A stretch of 64,000 nt of DNA, from contig JBOEGF010000043.1 in the NCBI GenBank assembly GCA_050633305.1, positions 32,001 through 96,000 on the forward strand. The letters run 5' to 3'. The number at the start of each line of letters is the position of its first letter. Position 1 is the stretch's first letter. The translations under genes and the position numbers were made by a program. Origin of the DNA: Nannocystales bacterium (GTDB lineage: Bacteria; Myxococcota_A; Polyangia; Nannocystales; Nannocystaceae). Under the pieces are notes generated by a model. That model was not told the DNA's origin and searched no databases. It saw only the letters and a program-made list of their open reading frames with translations. Shown here piece by piece: positions 18,466-28,113 of the stretch.

Positions 18466-20571
18466 TTACTCGCGACGCCGCCGAACCCACTGCACGCCCG
18501 GGAGGCGCTCGAGTTTGCCCAGGACCCGCAGAAGCTGGGCGTTGTCCCGCACCTGCAAGGTCAAGTCGAACTGCGCCGCACCCATGTCGTCGCTGCGGAC
18601 CGATGTGTCGGTGAGGTTCACGCCTTCGCCGGACACGCCGTCCGCCACGTCGCGCAACAGGCCAGGACGGTCGTGGGCCACCAGCTGTACACGGACGGGG
18701 AAGCGACTTCCGCGGCCGGTACCCCAGGACAGCTCCATCCAGCGGTCGGGCTCTGCGGACCCGCGCACGTTGGGGCAGTCGCTACGGTGGATGACGATGC
18801 CACGTCCTCGGCTGATGTAGCCGATGACAGCATCGCCGGGGACCGGCTTGCAGCAGTTGGCCGGTCGGCTGAGCACGTCATCGACCCCGGCCACGTTGAC
18901 CGATGTGGAGACTGGACCCTTCGGCGCGCTGGAGATTGGAAGCTCAACCTCCTCCGGCTTGGGTTCGAGCTCCAGCACGCGCTGGCCCACGCTGCGCGCG
19001 TTGATGTCACCGAAGCCGAGCTTGGCCAGGAAATCGTCGGTCTCCAGGTCGTACAGTGCCGCGACATCGTCGACCTTGCGGCCTTCGACGCCGAGCCGAC
19101 CAAGCTCGCGCTCGACGATCTCTCGGCCAGAGGCGATCGATTCGTCCCGCTGCTGGGCCCGGAAGTGCTGCCGAATCTTCTGCTTGGCGCTGGCCGTGTG
19201 CACCAACCCCTCGTGAGGGCTGAGCCAGTCGCGGCTGGGACCTCCGGTCTTGGTCGTAATGATCTCGACCTTGTCGCCGGTTCGCAGGTTGTAGTCCAAC
19301 GGGACGATCTGTCCGCCGACCTTGGCGCCACGACATCGGTGCCCAACCTGCGTGTGTACGCGGTAGGCAAAGTCGATCGGGGTCGCACCGATGGGAAGAT
19401 CGATGACCGCGCCCGCGGGGGTGAACACGTAGATCTGGTCCGCGAAGATGTCGGTCTTGAGCGAGTGAGCGACGTCGTGGGGATCGGTGACGCCCTTCTG
19501 CCACTCCATCAGCTGGCGGACCCAGTTGATCTTCTCGTCGAAGCGGCGGTCGGCCTTCTTGGCTTCTTTGTAGCGCCAGTGCGCGGCGACCCCGTTCTCG
19601 TTGTACTCGTGCATCTCTTGGGTCCGAATCTGGACCTCGAGCGGGCGTTGGTCCGGGCCGAACACCGCGGTGTGCAGGGAGCGGTAGAAGTTCTCCTTGG
19701 GCTTGGCGATGTAGTCGTCGAACTCGCCGTCGATCGGCGTCCACTGAGCGTGGACCATGCCCAGGACCGCGTAACACTCGGCGACTTCGGAGACGATGAC
19801 CCGTACCGCGGAGACGTCGTAGATTTCCTCGAAGCCGACCTTCTTGCGGCGCATCTTCTTGAAGATGCTGTAGATGTGCTTGGGACGACCCGAGACAGTG
19901 GCCTCGATGCCGGCCTCGGCGACCTTCTCTTGCAGCAGATCGATGACCTGGGCGATGCCTTCGGTTCGTTCCTTGCGCTTGCTGGCCAGCAGCGACTTGA
20001 TGTCTTGGAAGGTGTCGGGCTCGAGCCACTTGAACGCGAGGTCTTCGAGCTCCCATTTGAGCTGCCAGATTCCCAAGCGGTTCGCCAGTGGAGCGTAGAC
20101 CTCCATCGCCTCCGACGCGATCGCATGTTGGTTTTCGGGCGTCTCCGCCTTGAGCCGTCGTAGCCGGTGCACACGACCCGCGAGGGCCAGAAGGACGACC
20201 CGCAGGTCGGAGGCCATCGACAGGAACATCTTGCGGAGGCTCTCGGCTGCCTCATCCTCGAGGTGGCTCCACTGGACTTGTCCGAGCCTCTGCACACCGT
20301 CGATGAGCCCGAGGATCTCCGCTGACACGTCGGGAGGGAAACGACCGCGCGGGCCGCCACACAGAAGCGCCGCCGCCAACGCAGAGCCGTCCAGTCGCAG
20401 GCCGACGAGGACCTCGAGGGTGTCGACGGCTCGCACGCCGTGTTCGGGATCATCGAGATCGCGAAGCCACTGGGCGTACTCCTGCAGGCACTGGATCTCC
20501 GCAGGGTCGCGGTCCGTGCTCGCGGAGCCCAGCGCCGTCTCGAGTCGTTCTTGCCAAGATGCTTCGCTCAT
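18466..20571 (-). CDS. relA: Long RelA/SpoT homolog, RelA-type (p)ppGpp synthetase
   Basis: YAPLANRLGIWQLKWELED, GRPKHIYSI, EFDDYIAKPK, YRSLHT, EVQIRT, GVAAHWRYK, TGS, CCKPVPGD, ACT; HD motif absent. Confidence 0.93.
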   Translation of the reverse strand: MSEASWQERLETALGSASTDRDPAEIQCLQEYAQWLRDLDDPEHGVRAVDTLEVLVGLRLDGSALAAALLCGGPRGRFPPDVSAEILGLIDGVQRLGQVQWSHLEDEAAESLRKMFLSMASDLRVVLLALAGRVHRLRRLKAETPENQHAIASEAMEVYAPLANRLGIWQLKWELEDLAFKWLEPDTFQDIKSLLASKRKERTEGIAQVIDLLQEKVAEAGIEATVSGRPKHIYSIFKKMRRKKVGFEEIYDVSAVRVIVSEVAECYAVLGMVHAQWTPIDGEFDDYIAKPKENFYRSLHTAVFGPDQRPLEVQIRTQEMHEYNENGVAAHWRYKEAKKADRRFDEKINWVRQLMEWQKGVTDPHDVAHSLKTDIFADQIYVFTPAGAVIDLPIGATPIDFAYRVHTQVGHRCRGAKVGGQIVPLDYNLRTGDKVEIITTKTGGPSRDWLSPHEGLVHTASAKQKIRQHFRAQQRDESIASGREIVERELGRLGVEGRKVDDVAALYDLETDDFLAKLGFGDINARSVGQRVLELEPKPEEVELPISSAPKGPVSTSVNVAGVDDVLSRPANCCKPVPGDAVIGYISRGRGIVIHRSDCPNVRGSAEPDRWMELSWGTGRGSRFPVRVQLVAHDRPGLLRDVADGVSGEGVNLTDTSVRSDDMGAAQFDLTLQVRDNAQLLRVLGKLERLPGVQWVRRRRE

Positions 20572-20573
20572 CG

Positions 20574-21779
20574 TCAGCCTCCTGAGGCCAGTGCTGCAGC
20601 ATCGGCACCGGGCGGGGTCGGGTCTTCGAGGTCATCGAGAAAGCCGTCCGGCAATGCGACCTTTTGGGTCCCCGCGGTTTTCCCTCGTGGAACCCGCATC
20701 GAACGCGGAGGGAAAGGCTCATCCTTGGGTAGCGCCTCGAGCACGTCGCGAAGCTCGGAGAGCGTCGAAGACTGCATGATGGCCTGCCGGGCGCGAGCGC
20801 TGCCGCGAAACCCTTTCGTGTACCAGGTCGCGTGCTTGCGGAACATGCGGACGCCAGCGGTTTCATCGAACCACTCGATGAGTCGCTGGACATGCTCGAG
20901 CATCACCTCGACGATCTCTCCGAGCTGTGGCGGGTTGGGCGGAGCGCGTCCTTCGAAGACTTCGGCCAGGTCCCGGAACAGCCAGGGGCGACCCAGGCAG
21001 CCTCGTCCGACGACCACACCGTCGCAACCGGTCGTCCTCATCATGCGAAGCGCATCCTCGGCCTCCCAGATGTCGCCATTGCCCAGCACCGGAATGCTGG
21101 TGACAGCCTGCTTGAGGTTCGCGATCGCTTCCCAGCGCGCGGTCCCGTCGTAGAGCTGGGCGGCCGTGCGTGCGTGAAGAGCCACCGCGGCGCAGCCCTC
21201 GTCTTCACCGATACGGCCGGCGTCGAGGTAGCTGAGGTACTGGTCGTTGATGCCCATCCGGAACTTGATGGTCACCGGGATGTCCTCGCTCGCCCCGACC
21301 GCGGCCCGCACGATGCTGCGCAGCAGGTTCGGCTTGACCGGAATCGCGGCGCCGCCCCCTTTGCTGGTGACCTTGCGGACCGGGCATCCGAAGTTCATGT
21401 CGATGTGATCGACGCGTCCTTCGGCGACGAGACGCTTGACCGCTTCGGAGACGAAGTAGGGGTCGACCCCGTAGACTTGCAGGCTGCGTGGGGCCTCATC
21501 GGGCCCGAAGTCGGCCAGCTTTAGGGTCTTGCGGTTGCCCATGACCAGCGGCCGGGCTGTGATCATTTCACTGACGTACAGTCCTCGAACCGCGCCCGCG
21601 TCGACCCCGCCAAGGAACCGTCGACAGATGGCACGAAACGGGTAGTTCGTGACCCCGGCCATGGGGGCCAAGACCACGGGCGGCCATACCCGTAGGGGGC
21701 CGAGCTCAAGCGGCTCAAACTCGCCGTCTTGAGCAGGGGGGACATCCGCGTTGATCGGGCTGCGGTAGACCGCGTCCAT
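20574..21779 (-). CDS. dusB: tRNA-dihydrouridine synthase
   Basis: VLAPMAGVTN, IDMNFGCPVRKV, LHARTAAQLY, GNGDIW, VGRGCLGRPWLF. Confidence 0.93.
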   Translation of the reverse strand: MDAVYRSPINADVPPAQDGEFEPLELGPLRVWPPVVLAPMAGVTNYPFRAICRRFLGGVDAGAVRGLYVSEMITARPLVMGNRKTLKLADFGPDEAPRSLQVYGVDPYFVSEAVKRLVAEGRVDHIDMNFGCPVRKVTSKGGGAAIPVKPNLLRSIVRAAVGASEDIPVTIKFRMGINDQYLSYLDAGRIGEDEGCAAVALHARTAAQLYDGTARWEAIANLKQAVTSIPVLGNGDIWEAEDALRMMRTTGCDGVVVGRGCLGRPWLFRDLAEVFEGRAPPNPPQLGEIVEVMLEHVQRLIEWFDETAGVRMFRKHATWYTKGFRGSARARQAIMQSSTLSELRDVLEALPKDEPFPPRSMRVPRGKTAGTQKVALPDGFLDDLEDPTPPGADAAALASGG

Positions 21780-21877
21780 GGGGGCTCGGGATACCACGAC
21801 CCAGCCCCGGGGTCCCGTCCGCATCCCCGCCGCACGTGCCGGATTTTTCGTCCCCGAAGCGGTTTCTGATATGGGCG

Positions 21878-23356
21878 ATGACAGTGCCCCGAAAGCGGAC
21901 CAAGCGAAGCTCGACCGCGCCTGCGCGGCGCCCCCGGGCTGCTCGCACCGCGAAGGGCAACCGCAAGACGTCGGGGACCAAGCGGAAAGCGAAGGCCCCG
22001 CGCGAGCTGGAGCCCGAGCAGCGACGAGCGCGCAATCGAACCATCCTCGCGATGGCGATTTTGGCGCTGGTCAACGCGTACGTGTTTGTCTGGAACGAGG
22101 ACGGCCTGTTCAGCGGGATGGGCTCGCTCCAGGCGGCTTCCATCGAGGGCCGCAAAGGGCCGCTGCCTCCTCGCGCCGCACCGGTGGACAACGCATGCGG
22201 CGGCGACCCCGTTCGCGTCTTCGAGGGGCTTACGGACCTGATCCGGCTCGACACATCGCTGCGCGGCGGGGCGACCCTCCGACTCGCGCTGCTCTCGTTG
22301 GGAACGCCGGGCGAGCACATCGACGAGCTCGAGGCCGCCGTCCGCTCGAAGGTCGACCTGGGCATGCTGGGGGGAAGCGGTGCACCGCTTCGCATCGCAG
22401 CCGATCGGACCGGAGGCGTGCATGCACTGGAGATCGAGCTGGCTGAAGGACGGGTCCTGCAGGCCTGTCGCGCCGATGAGGGGTTTGAGGTGCGAAACCT
22501 CCAGCATCCGCACCGTGCGGACGTCGAAGTGCTGTCCTTCGAGTTGGGTGACGACGCCGACTTGGCGAGCGCGGTCGTCGAAGCCGGGGAGAAGCCCGAG
22601 CTCGCGACGCTCCTGGGCGAGACACTCGCGAGTGACGTGGACCTTTTAACCGAGGTCCGTCCGCACGACAAGATCGAGGTCATGGTCGAGAAGCGGTATC
22701 TCGGCCGCCACTTCCACCGTTATGGGTCCGTGCTTGCGGTCGCGTTCCGCGGCGCGGTTCGTCGGGTCGCGTACTTTCGGTACAAGCCTCCCGGACAGGA
22801 CTCCGCGTTTTTCGACTCCGACGGGAAGACCGTCGAGCGGGCGATGCTTCGAAGTCCCGTCTCGTACTTCTCGGTCGGCCAGGGCGCGCGAGGATTGCTG
22901 CCGCCTTCGGTCGAGATCATCGAGGGACGGCTGGGGTCCGTGTACCGGCTGCCTGAAGGCACGCCATTGGTCGCGATCGGAGACGGTACGATCGTGGACG
23001 CTGGCGAGACTCGCAAGGAGGGGCGCTTCTTCGACCTCCAGCTTCACGACGGGACGATTGCGCGCTACTGCCACTTGGGCCGTTTCATCGGCAACATCGA
23101 GGAGGGCGCTCGCCTTTCGACCGGCGACATCGTCGGTCTGTCCGGACATTCGGGGCGGACCCCCAACGACCGACTCCGACTCGAGCTCTGGGTCGAGCGG
23201 GACGGCGTGCTGTCAACCATCGACCCGCTGCGCCTCACCGGCGAGGGGCAAGCTCGGGCGGCGAGGGTGGGCATGCCCATCGCGGATGAGGACCGTGAGC
23301 GGTTCGACGAAGACATCGCACCCCAGCGACGAGCGCTCAAAGCCGCACGTCGCTAG
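21878..23356 (+). CDS. M23-family peptidase-like membrane-anchored protein, probably catalytically degenerate
   Basis: N-terminal TM; Csd3/MepM-like middle region; GTPLVAIGDG..YCHL..GLSGHSGRTP; no HxxxD and no HLH. Confidence 0.78.
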   Translation: MTVPRKRTKRSSTAPARRPRAARTAKGNRKTSGTKRKAKAPRELEPEQRRARNRTILAMAILALVNAYVFVWNEDGLFSGMGSLQAASIEGRKGPLPPRAAPVDNACGGDPVRVFEGLTDLIRLDTSLRGGATLRLALLSLGTPGEHIDELEAAVRSKVDLGMLGGSGAPLRIAADRTGGVHALEIELAEGRVLQACRADEGFEVRNLQHPHRADVEVLSFELGDDADLASAVVEAGEKPELATLLGETLASDVDLLTEVRPHDKIEVMVEKRYLGRHFHRYGSVLAVAFRGAVRRVAYFRYKPPGQDSAFFDSDGKTVERAMLRSPVSYFSVGQGARGLLPPSVEIIEGRLGSVYRLPEGTPLVAIGDGTIVDAGETRKEGRFFDLQLHDGTIARYCHLGRFIGNIEEGARLSTGDIVGLSGHSGRTPNDRLRLELWVERDGVLSTIDPLRLTGEGQARAARVGMPIADEDRERFDEDIAPQRRALKAARR

Positions 23357-23415
23357 GTGTTGAGTCCCGCTGCGGACTGCGGGGCTCGTCACTCGTGTGC
23401 GCCCTTCGGGGACGC

Positions 23416-24087
23416 TCAGTCGTTCTCGCAGAACTGGCCGCCGTGGTCACAGTGGTAGCCCGGCCAGGCAGCGCAGTCGTCGTCGTTGTTGTTGCATGGG
23501 AACAAGCAGTATCCGTGCTCACAGCCCATGTCGCTCTGTGGGCAGTCGTCGACATCGTCGCAGGGAACCATGCAGGTGTTGAGGCACTCGGCGGCGGTGC
23601 AACATTCCTGGTCGTCGTCCTCCGAGCAGTCGTCGTCGCCGGCACAGGCCATCCCAAGGGGGTCGTCCGGGTCCCCTCCGGTGGATGTCGAACTGCTGGA
23701 GCTGGAACTGGAACTGGAACTGGAACTGGAACTGGAACTCGAACTCGAACTGTCGGAGGCCGAACCTCCGCCGGTTGTCGTCTCATCGACCGTGGTTTGC
23801 GACTCGCCGCTCCCCTCCGCGGCCGCGCTCGTGGATGAGGCCGAGGTCGTCGAGGTGGATCCGCCGGATGAGGATGCGGACGAGGATGCGGATGCGGAGT
23901 CCGAAGCTCCGGTGGCTGCTGAGGGGTCCGCCGAATCGCCGGCGGTACCTGAACCGCTCGCGGACTCGGCCACCGTTTCCGTTCCACTGTCCGACTCGCC
24001 GCTTGCCCCGACGAAGGTCGTGCACCCCGTCAACGTAACGCACAGCATCCCAGCGAGACACGCGACGGGGCGACAAGCCAACACCAT
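23416..24087 (-). CDS. Ser/Thr-rich lipoprotein with Cys-rich C-terminus
   Basis: Lipobox LTGC; poly-Ser linker; Cys-rich tail. Confidence 0.75.
   Translation of the reverse strand: MVLACRPVACLAGMLCVTLTGCTTFVGASGESDSGTETVAESASGSGTAGDSADPSAATGASDSASASSSASSSGGSTSTTSASSTSAAAEGSGESQTTVDETTTGGGSASDSSSSSSSSSSSSSSSSSSSSSTSTGGDPDDPLGMACAGDDDCSEDDDQECCTAAECLNTCMVPCDDVDDCPQSDMGCEHGYCLFPCNNNDDDCAAWPGYHCDHGGQFCEND
23693..23752. repeat. Hexanucleotide microsatellite (GGAACT)n encoding poly-Ser
   Basis: CTGGAACTGGAACTGGAA... tandem copies. Confidence 0.9.
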
Positions 24088-24150
24088 ACGGACGAGTTTA
24101 GGGGCGTGGTGGTCAACCGGGCAATGCGGGGCCGGTTGACCTCGCGGCGC

Positions 24151-25065
24151 TCAGGAGAACATGCCTTCGCTCAGGTCTCCCCCGGTCGGGAACGAGCTGA
24201 GCAATCGGTCGCGGAACAAGGTTACGTGGGCAGGGACGTGCCGGGTCGACGGGTAGACGAGGTGTAGAGGGCTGGTCTCCATCGACACCTCAGGGAGGAC
24301 CGACGCCAGCAGGCCGCGGGCGAGAGCCTGTTGGCCGGGGACTTCTGGCAGCAACGCGATGCCGCCCCCCGCGATCGCGACGCGGCGGACGAACACGAGG
24401 GAGTTGCCGTTGATGCTGCCGCGAACCTCGACGCACTGCTCGCCCTCGGGGGTCGACAGCGTCCAGTTGCAGGCACCGTTGCGGCTACGGAACAGCACGC
24501 ACGCGTGTTGTGCCAGATCCGCCACCGCACGCGGGGTTCCGGCCCGCTCGAGGTATGCGGGCGAGGCGAACAGCCGGAAGGGCGTGTTGCGGAGCTTGCG
24601 AATGACGAGCGAAGAGTCGGGCTGCGGTCCGCCGACGATCGCAAGGTCGAACCCCTCGTCCACCAGGTTGGCCGTGCCCGCGGTGACCTCGACGTCCACG
24701 CGGATGCCCGGGTGTTCGAGGACGAATTGGGACACGAACTCCGGGAGCGCTTCGGAGGCGACGCCCGCCGGCGCACTGAGCCGGACGGTGCCAGTTTCGG
24801 CGTTCTGGTTCGCGCGGTTCGAAGCGGTGACGAGCGTCCCAAGGGGTCCGGAGACTTCGGAGTAGTAGGCCGTGCCCGCGTCGGTGAGGACGGAGGCGCG
24901 CGAGGTTCGTTGCATCAGTCGTTGACCAAGGTGGTCCTCGAGCCGCGAGATGCATCGGCTGACGGAGGACTTTGCGACCCCCAGTCGGCTCGCCGCGGCG
25001 GTGAAGCTGCCCGTCTCGACGACATGCGCGAACACCAGGATGTCGTTGAGATTCACGGACTCCAT
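24151..25065 (-). CDS. LysR-family regulator (CrgA-like)
   Basis: FAHVVETGSFTAAASRLG..SVSRCISRLEDHLG; ASPAYL. Confidence 0.95.
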   Translation of the reverse strand: MESVNLNDILVFAHVVETGSFTAAASRLGVAKSSVSRCISRLEDHLGQRLMQRTSRASVLTDAGTAYYSEVSGPLGTLVTASNRANQNAETGTVRLSAPAGVASEALPEFVSQFVLEHPGIRVDVEVTAGTANLVDEGFDLAIVGGPQPDSSLVIRKLRNTPFRLFASPAYLERAGTPRAVADLAQHACVLFRSRNGACNWTLSTPEGEQCVEVRGSINGNSLVFVRRVAIAGGGIALLPEVPGQQALARGLLASVLPEVSMETSPLHLVYPSTRHVPAHVTLFRDRLLSSFPTGGDLSEGMFS

Positions 25066-25192
25066 GGTCCCCCCATCGTACCCGCACCCCCGGGCCTCCC
25101 GGGTCCGCCGGAGCGTTGCGATGTGGGAACCCTTCGTTCCTGGATTTCGCATGGAGCGAGTGGGCCGCACCACCTACACCGAACTCCAAGAC

Positions 25193-26299
25193 ATGTTCAC
25201 ACCGCCCCGAATCCTGTGCGTCTGCCTGTTTCTCGCCACTGCTTGCCAAGACCCTGCGGAGTCCGGATTGGAGGACTCAGACGGCACGGGGTTCGTCGAA
25301 GAGACTCAGGGGGCGGACGAGACGGGGGACGTTCCCCCGGGCGCCCCCGACTTTCCAGTCTACGTCCAGCCTTCGCTGCAATGTCGGCCGCCGCTCGCCG
25401 GGGAGCCGGACGGCGCATCGCCGGGCGGGGATGTGTGCACCTGGGAATCGATCGCCGGGGCGACCGAAGAGGGGCGTCGGTTTCGCGACTATGCCAGCTG
25501 TGAGGTGGTTCGAACCCAGCGCCCGTACTATCCGGTCCCTCCGGCTGCGACCTACGGGGAGCCCGATTCTCGTATGGAGGACCCGAGCTACGTTTCTGAG
25601 CTGGACTGGGTGCGTGCGCAGATCGACGCCTCGGGGTGCTCGTGTTGTCACTCGTCTGATGCTCCCGAGGGCCCGGTTCGCTGGTCAGTCGACCGACCGG
25701 GACAATGGGTCTCTGCGATGAACGACCGGGACGTCGCGGCGCTGGCAGACTGGCTCGATACCAGTATGTTCGGTCGCTACCCACCTGCGCTGAACAACGG
25801 CTTCACCCGCGAGTTCGGGTTGCCTTCGACCGACCCCGCCCGGGCGGTCGCGTTCTTTGAAGATGAGCTGGCCAGGCGGGGGTTGCAGCGCTCCGACTTC
25901 GCGGATGAGCCTCCGACGGGAGGTCCGCTTCTCGAGCAAGCGGCGTTCGTCCCAGGCGCATGTGGACCTGAAGAGGGGGTGACCTCGGACGGCGCCGTAC
26001 TGTGGAGCGGAGGACCCGCGCGCTACCTCTACGTTCTGCGCCCCGGAAGCGACAACCCGACTGTACCGCCGAACCTCGACCTTCCCGAGGGGACGCTGTG
26101 GCGGATCGATGTGCCGCACGCGGGGGTCCCCGTCGAACCCGGTGCGGTGCAGTTCGGTGTGGTCCCCGACGGGCTGTCTCAACGCCACCCGAGCCAAGGT
26201 GCACCCGCAGCGCTCGTCGCCGGTGAGGACTACTACCTCTATGTGGCGCGAGACGTGGTGCAGCCCATCACCCGGTGCTTGTTCACCTACGAGGGCTGA
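25193..26299 (+). CDS. Lipoprotein with a CxxCH heme-binding motif, unknown function
   Basis: Lipobox LATAC; GCSCCHS; divergent from the LysR gene. Confidence 0.7.
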   Translation: MFTPPRILCVCLFLATACQDPAESGLEDSDGTGFVEETQGADETGDVPPGAPDFPVYVQPSLQCRPPLAGEPDGASPGGDVCTWESIAGATEEGRRFRDYASCEVVRTQRPYYPVPPAATYGEPDSRMEDPSYVSELDWVRAQIDASGCSCCHSSDAPEGPVRWSVDRPGQWVSAMNDRDVAALADWLDTSMFGRYPPALNNGFTREFGLPSTDPARAVAFFEDELARRGLQRSDFADEPPTGGPLLEQAAFVPGACGPEEGVTSDGAVLWSGGPARYLYVLRPGSDNPTVPPNLDLPEGTLWRIDVPHAGVPVEPGAVQFGVVPDGLSQRHPSQGAPAALVAGEDYYLYVARDVVQPITRCLFTYEG

Positions 26300-26336
26300 G
26301 CCGCGCACCGACGGCGGAGGCGATGTACCCTCCGGC

Positions 26337-26585
26337 ATGGCTCAACGCGTCGAGAGGGTGCAGACCGGAGTTCGGATGGAGAAGCGGTTGGTCAAGGTGC
26401 TCAAGGCCGTGGCCGAGTACCACGACATGTCCCTCGGAGACTTGCTCGAGGGTATCGTTCTCCATGCCTTCGAGGGCAAGTGTGCGTTCGATGCCGGCTC
26501 TCAAGAGCGGATCGCGACGCTGGCCGAAGTCTACGAGTTGGATCTGACCGCGGCCGACAGTCATCGGCTCGTCGAGTCCGGATGA
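26337..26585 (+). CDS. Small ribbon-helix-helix-like protein
   Basis: RVQTGVRMEKRLVKVLKAVAEYHDMSLGDLLEGIV fits a strand-helix-helix pattern. Confidence 0.7.
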   Translation: MAQRVERVQTGVRMEKRLVKVLKAVAEYHDMSLGDLLEGIVLHAFEGKCAFDAGSQERIATLAEVYELDLTAADSHRLVESG

Positions 26586-26625
26586 GGGAACGGCCGCGAG
26601 GTGGACATTGGCGACGGGGTTGTTG

Positions 26626-26655
26626 GCCGAAATGTTACCATGGTAACATTTCGGC
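26626..26655. promoter_or_regulatory. Perfect 30-bp palindrome, candidate operator
   Basis: GCCGAAATGTTACCA|TGGTAACATTTCGGC. Confidence 0.75.
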
Positions 26656-26656
26656 T

Positions 26657-27064
26657 GTGAACAGAGATAAAAATGGTGGTTGCGCCGTGTTCAGCGCTTT
26701 CGAAGCCGGGGACGTGGACGTCGAGACGTTCAACCACCGTGCGCATGTCCGCGTCGCGTGGCATGCGCTGGAGGCCCTCCCTCTGCTGGAGGCCCTCCCC
26801 CGGTTCTGTGCAGGCCTTCGGGCACTGGTTCGGGCACACGGCGCGGAGGCGAAGTTCAACGCGACGATGTCGGTGGCGTTTCTCCTGCTTGTGTCCGAGC
26901 GGCGCCGTCGTGGTGAGTCGTGGGCGGTGTTCGAGGAACGCGAGCACGACTTCATCGCCGCGGGGCTCGAGCCCGTCCTGGCCGTGTACGACCGCGAGCA
27001 GCTCGAGGCTCCTTGCGCCCGCGCGTCGTTCGAGCTGCCCGCGCTCGATGCCGTGGGAGGTTGA
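26657..27064 (+). CDS. Hypothetical protein (start uncertain)
   Basis: FNHRAHVRVAW..KFNATMS; typical codon usage. Confidence 0.6.
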   Translation: MNRDKNGGCAVFSAFEAGDVDVETFNHRAHVRVAWHALEALPLLEALPRFCAGLRALVRAHGAEAKFNATMSVAFLLLVSERRRRGESWAVFEEREHDFIAAGLEPVLAVYDREQLEAPCARASFELPALDAVGG

Positions 27065-27093
27065 GCGTGTGATCGGCTGATGGGGTGCAGCGT

Positions 27094-28068
27094 TCAGCAG
27101 CCGATGCGCTCGGTCGCGACGACGAGGTCATCGACCCACAGTTCATTGTCGAGGTTGCTGAAGCTGTGCCAGCCGACGATGAACTCGCTGAACTTCCCTC
27201 CGAGGAAGTCCGTGCCCAACGCCCCGTTGTTCCACTGCGCGGGGTCGCTGACGGCGTGGACTTCTTCTCCGTCCCTCCATGCGCGGACCTCATGGGGCTC
27301 CGTATCACCGAGGAACGCGACCTCGATGCAGTTCCACTGTCCCGCCTCGATCCTCGGCCCGCGACCCCAGTGCTTCATCGTCGGGGAGATGTCGTCGCTG
27401 GGGACCTCGTTCGTGCCGATCACGCCCTTGATCTCCCCGAAGCGGACCTCCTCGTTGGCTTGACCCACCGAGCCCCGCACACCGAGCAAGGTCTCGTGAT
27501 TGTTGCCGGGATTCTGGCCCAGCCCGACGGTCAGCCACACGTAGGCACGGACGTACACGCGGTTCGTCGTGGCCGGGAGTGGGCGGGTCAACATGGCGGG
27601 CGTGGAGCCACCCAGGACATGAAGCGCTTGGTCTCCGCTGCGTGCTCGGCTGTCGTCTGCGAGCGCGAAGGCGGACCCGCCGGGCTCGTTGTTCATGTTG
27701 ACGACGTACCCCACGAAGCTGTCCCAGCCCGCCGGAGTGGTCCCCGTCGCAGCGGCCTCGAAATCCTCCTCGAACAGGACTGTGGCTGGGTCGAAGGCGG
27801 TCGTCTCGACGGGATCCGGGTGACCGGTGCTGGACTCGTCCGTCGAAGGGTCGGTCGACGAGGAGCTGAGCCCGGTCGTCGTTGAAGGCATGCCCGTGGT
27901 GGCCGGGCTCTCGCTGCTCGTCCCTGGTTGCGTTGACCCCGAGTCTCCCGAGCCTTCGGCGGCTGCAGGACCGCGGCTCTCTCCGGTGTCCTCATCGGAC
28001 GCGGGAGACCCGCACGAGACTGCGTGCAGCGCGAGGGCAGGGCCGGACCAACGGGCGAACCACGACAT
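27094..28068 (-). CDS. Secreted beta-sandwich protein, Cip1/polysaccharide-lyase-like
   Basis: Signal/lipobox; S/T linker; FEEDFE, DDSRARSGDQAL, VYVRAYV, WNCIE, LWVDDLVVATERIGC. Confidence 0.65.
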   Translation of the reverse strand: MSWFARWSGPALALHAVSCGSPASDEDTGESRGPAAAEGSGDSGSTQPGTSSESPATTGMPSTTTGLSSSSTDPSTDESSTGHPDPVETTAFDPATVLFEEDFEAAATGTTPAGWDSFVGYVVNMNNEPGGSAFALADDSRARSGDQALHVLGGSTPAMLTRPLPATTNRVYVRAYVWLTVGLGQNPGNNHETLLGVRGSVGQANEEVRFGEIKGVIGTNEVPSDDISPTMKHWGRGPRIEAGQWNCIEVAFLGDTEPHEVRAWRDGEEVHAVSDPAQWNNGALGTDFLGGKFSEFIVGWHSFSNLDNELWVDDLVVATERIGC

Positions 28069-28113
28069 CACCTGGGTTGGGGCGGCGGTGGCCCACAACC
28101 GATGAAAAAAATC

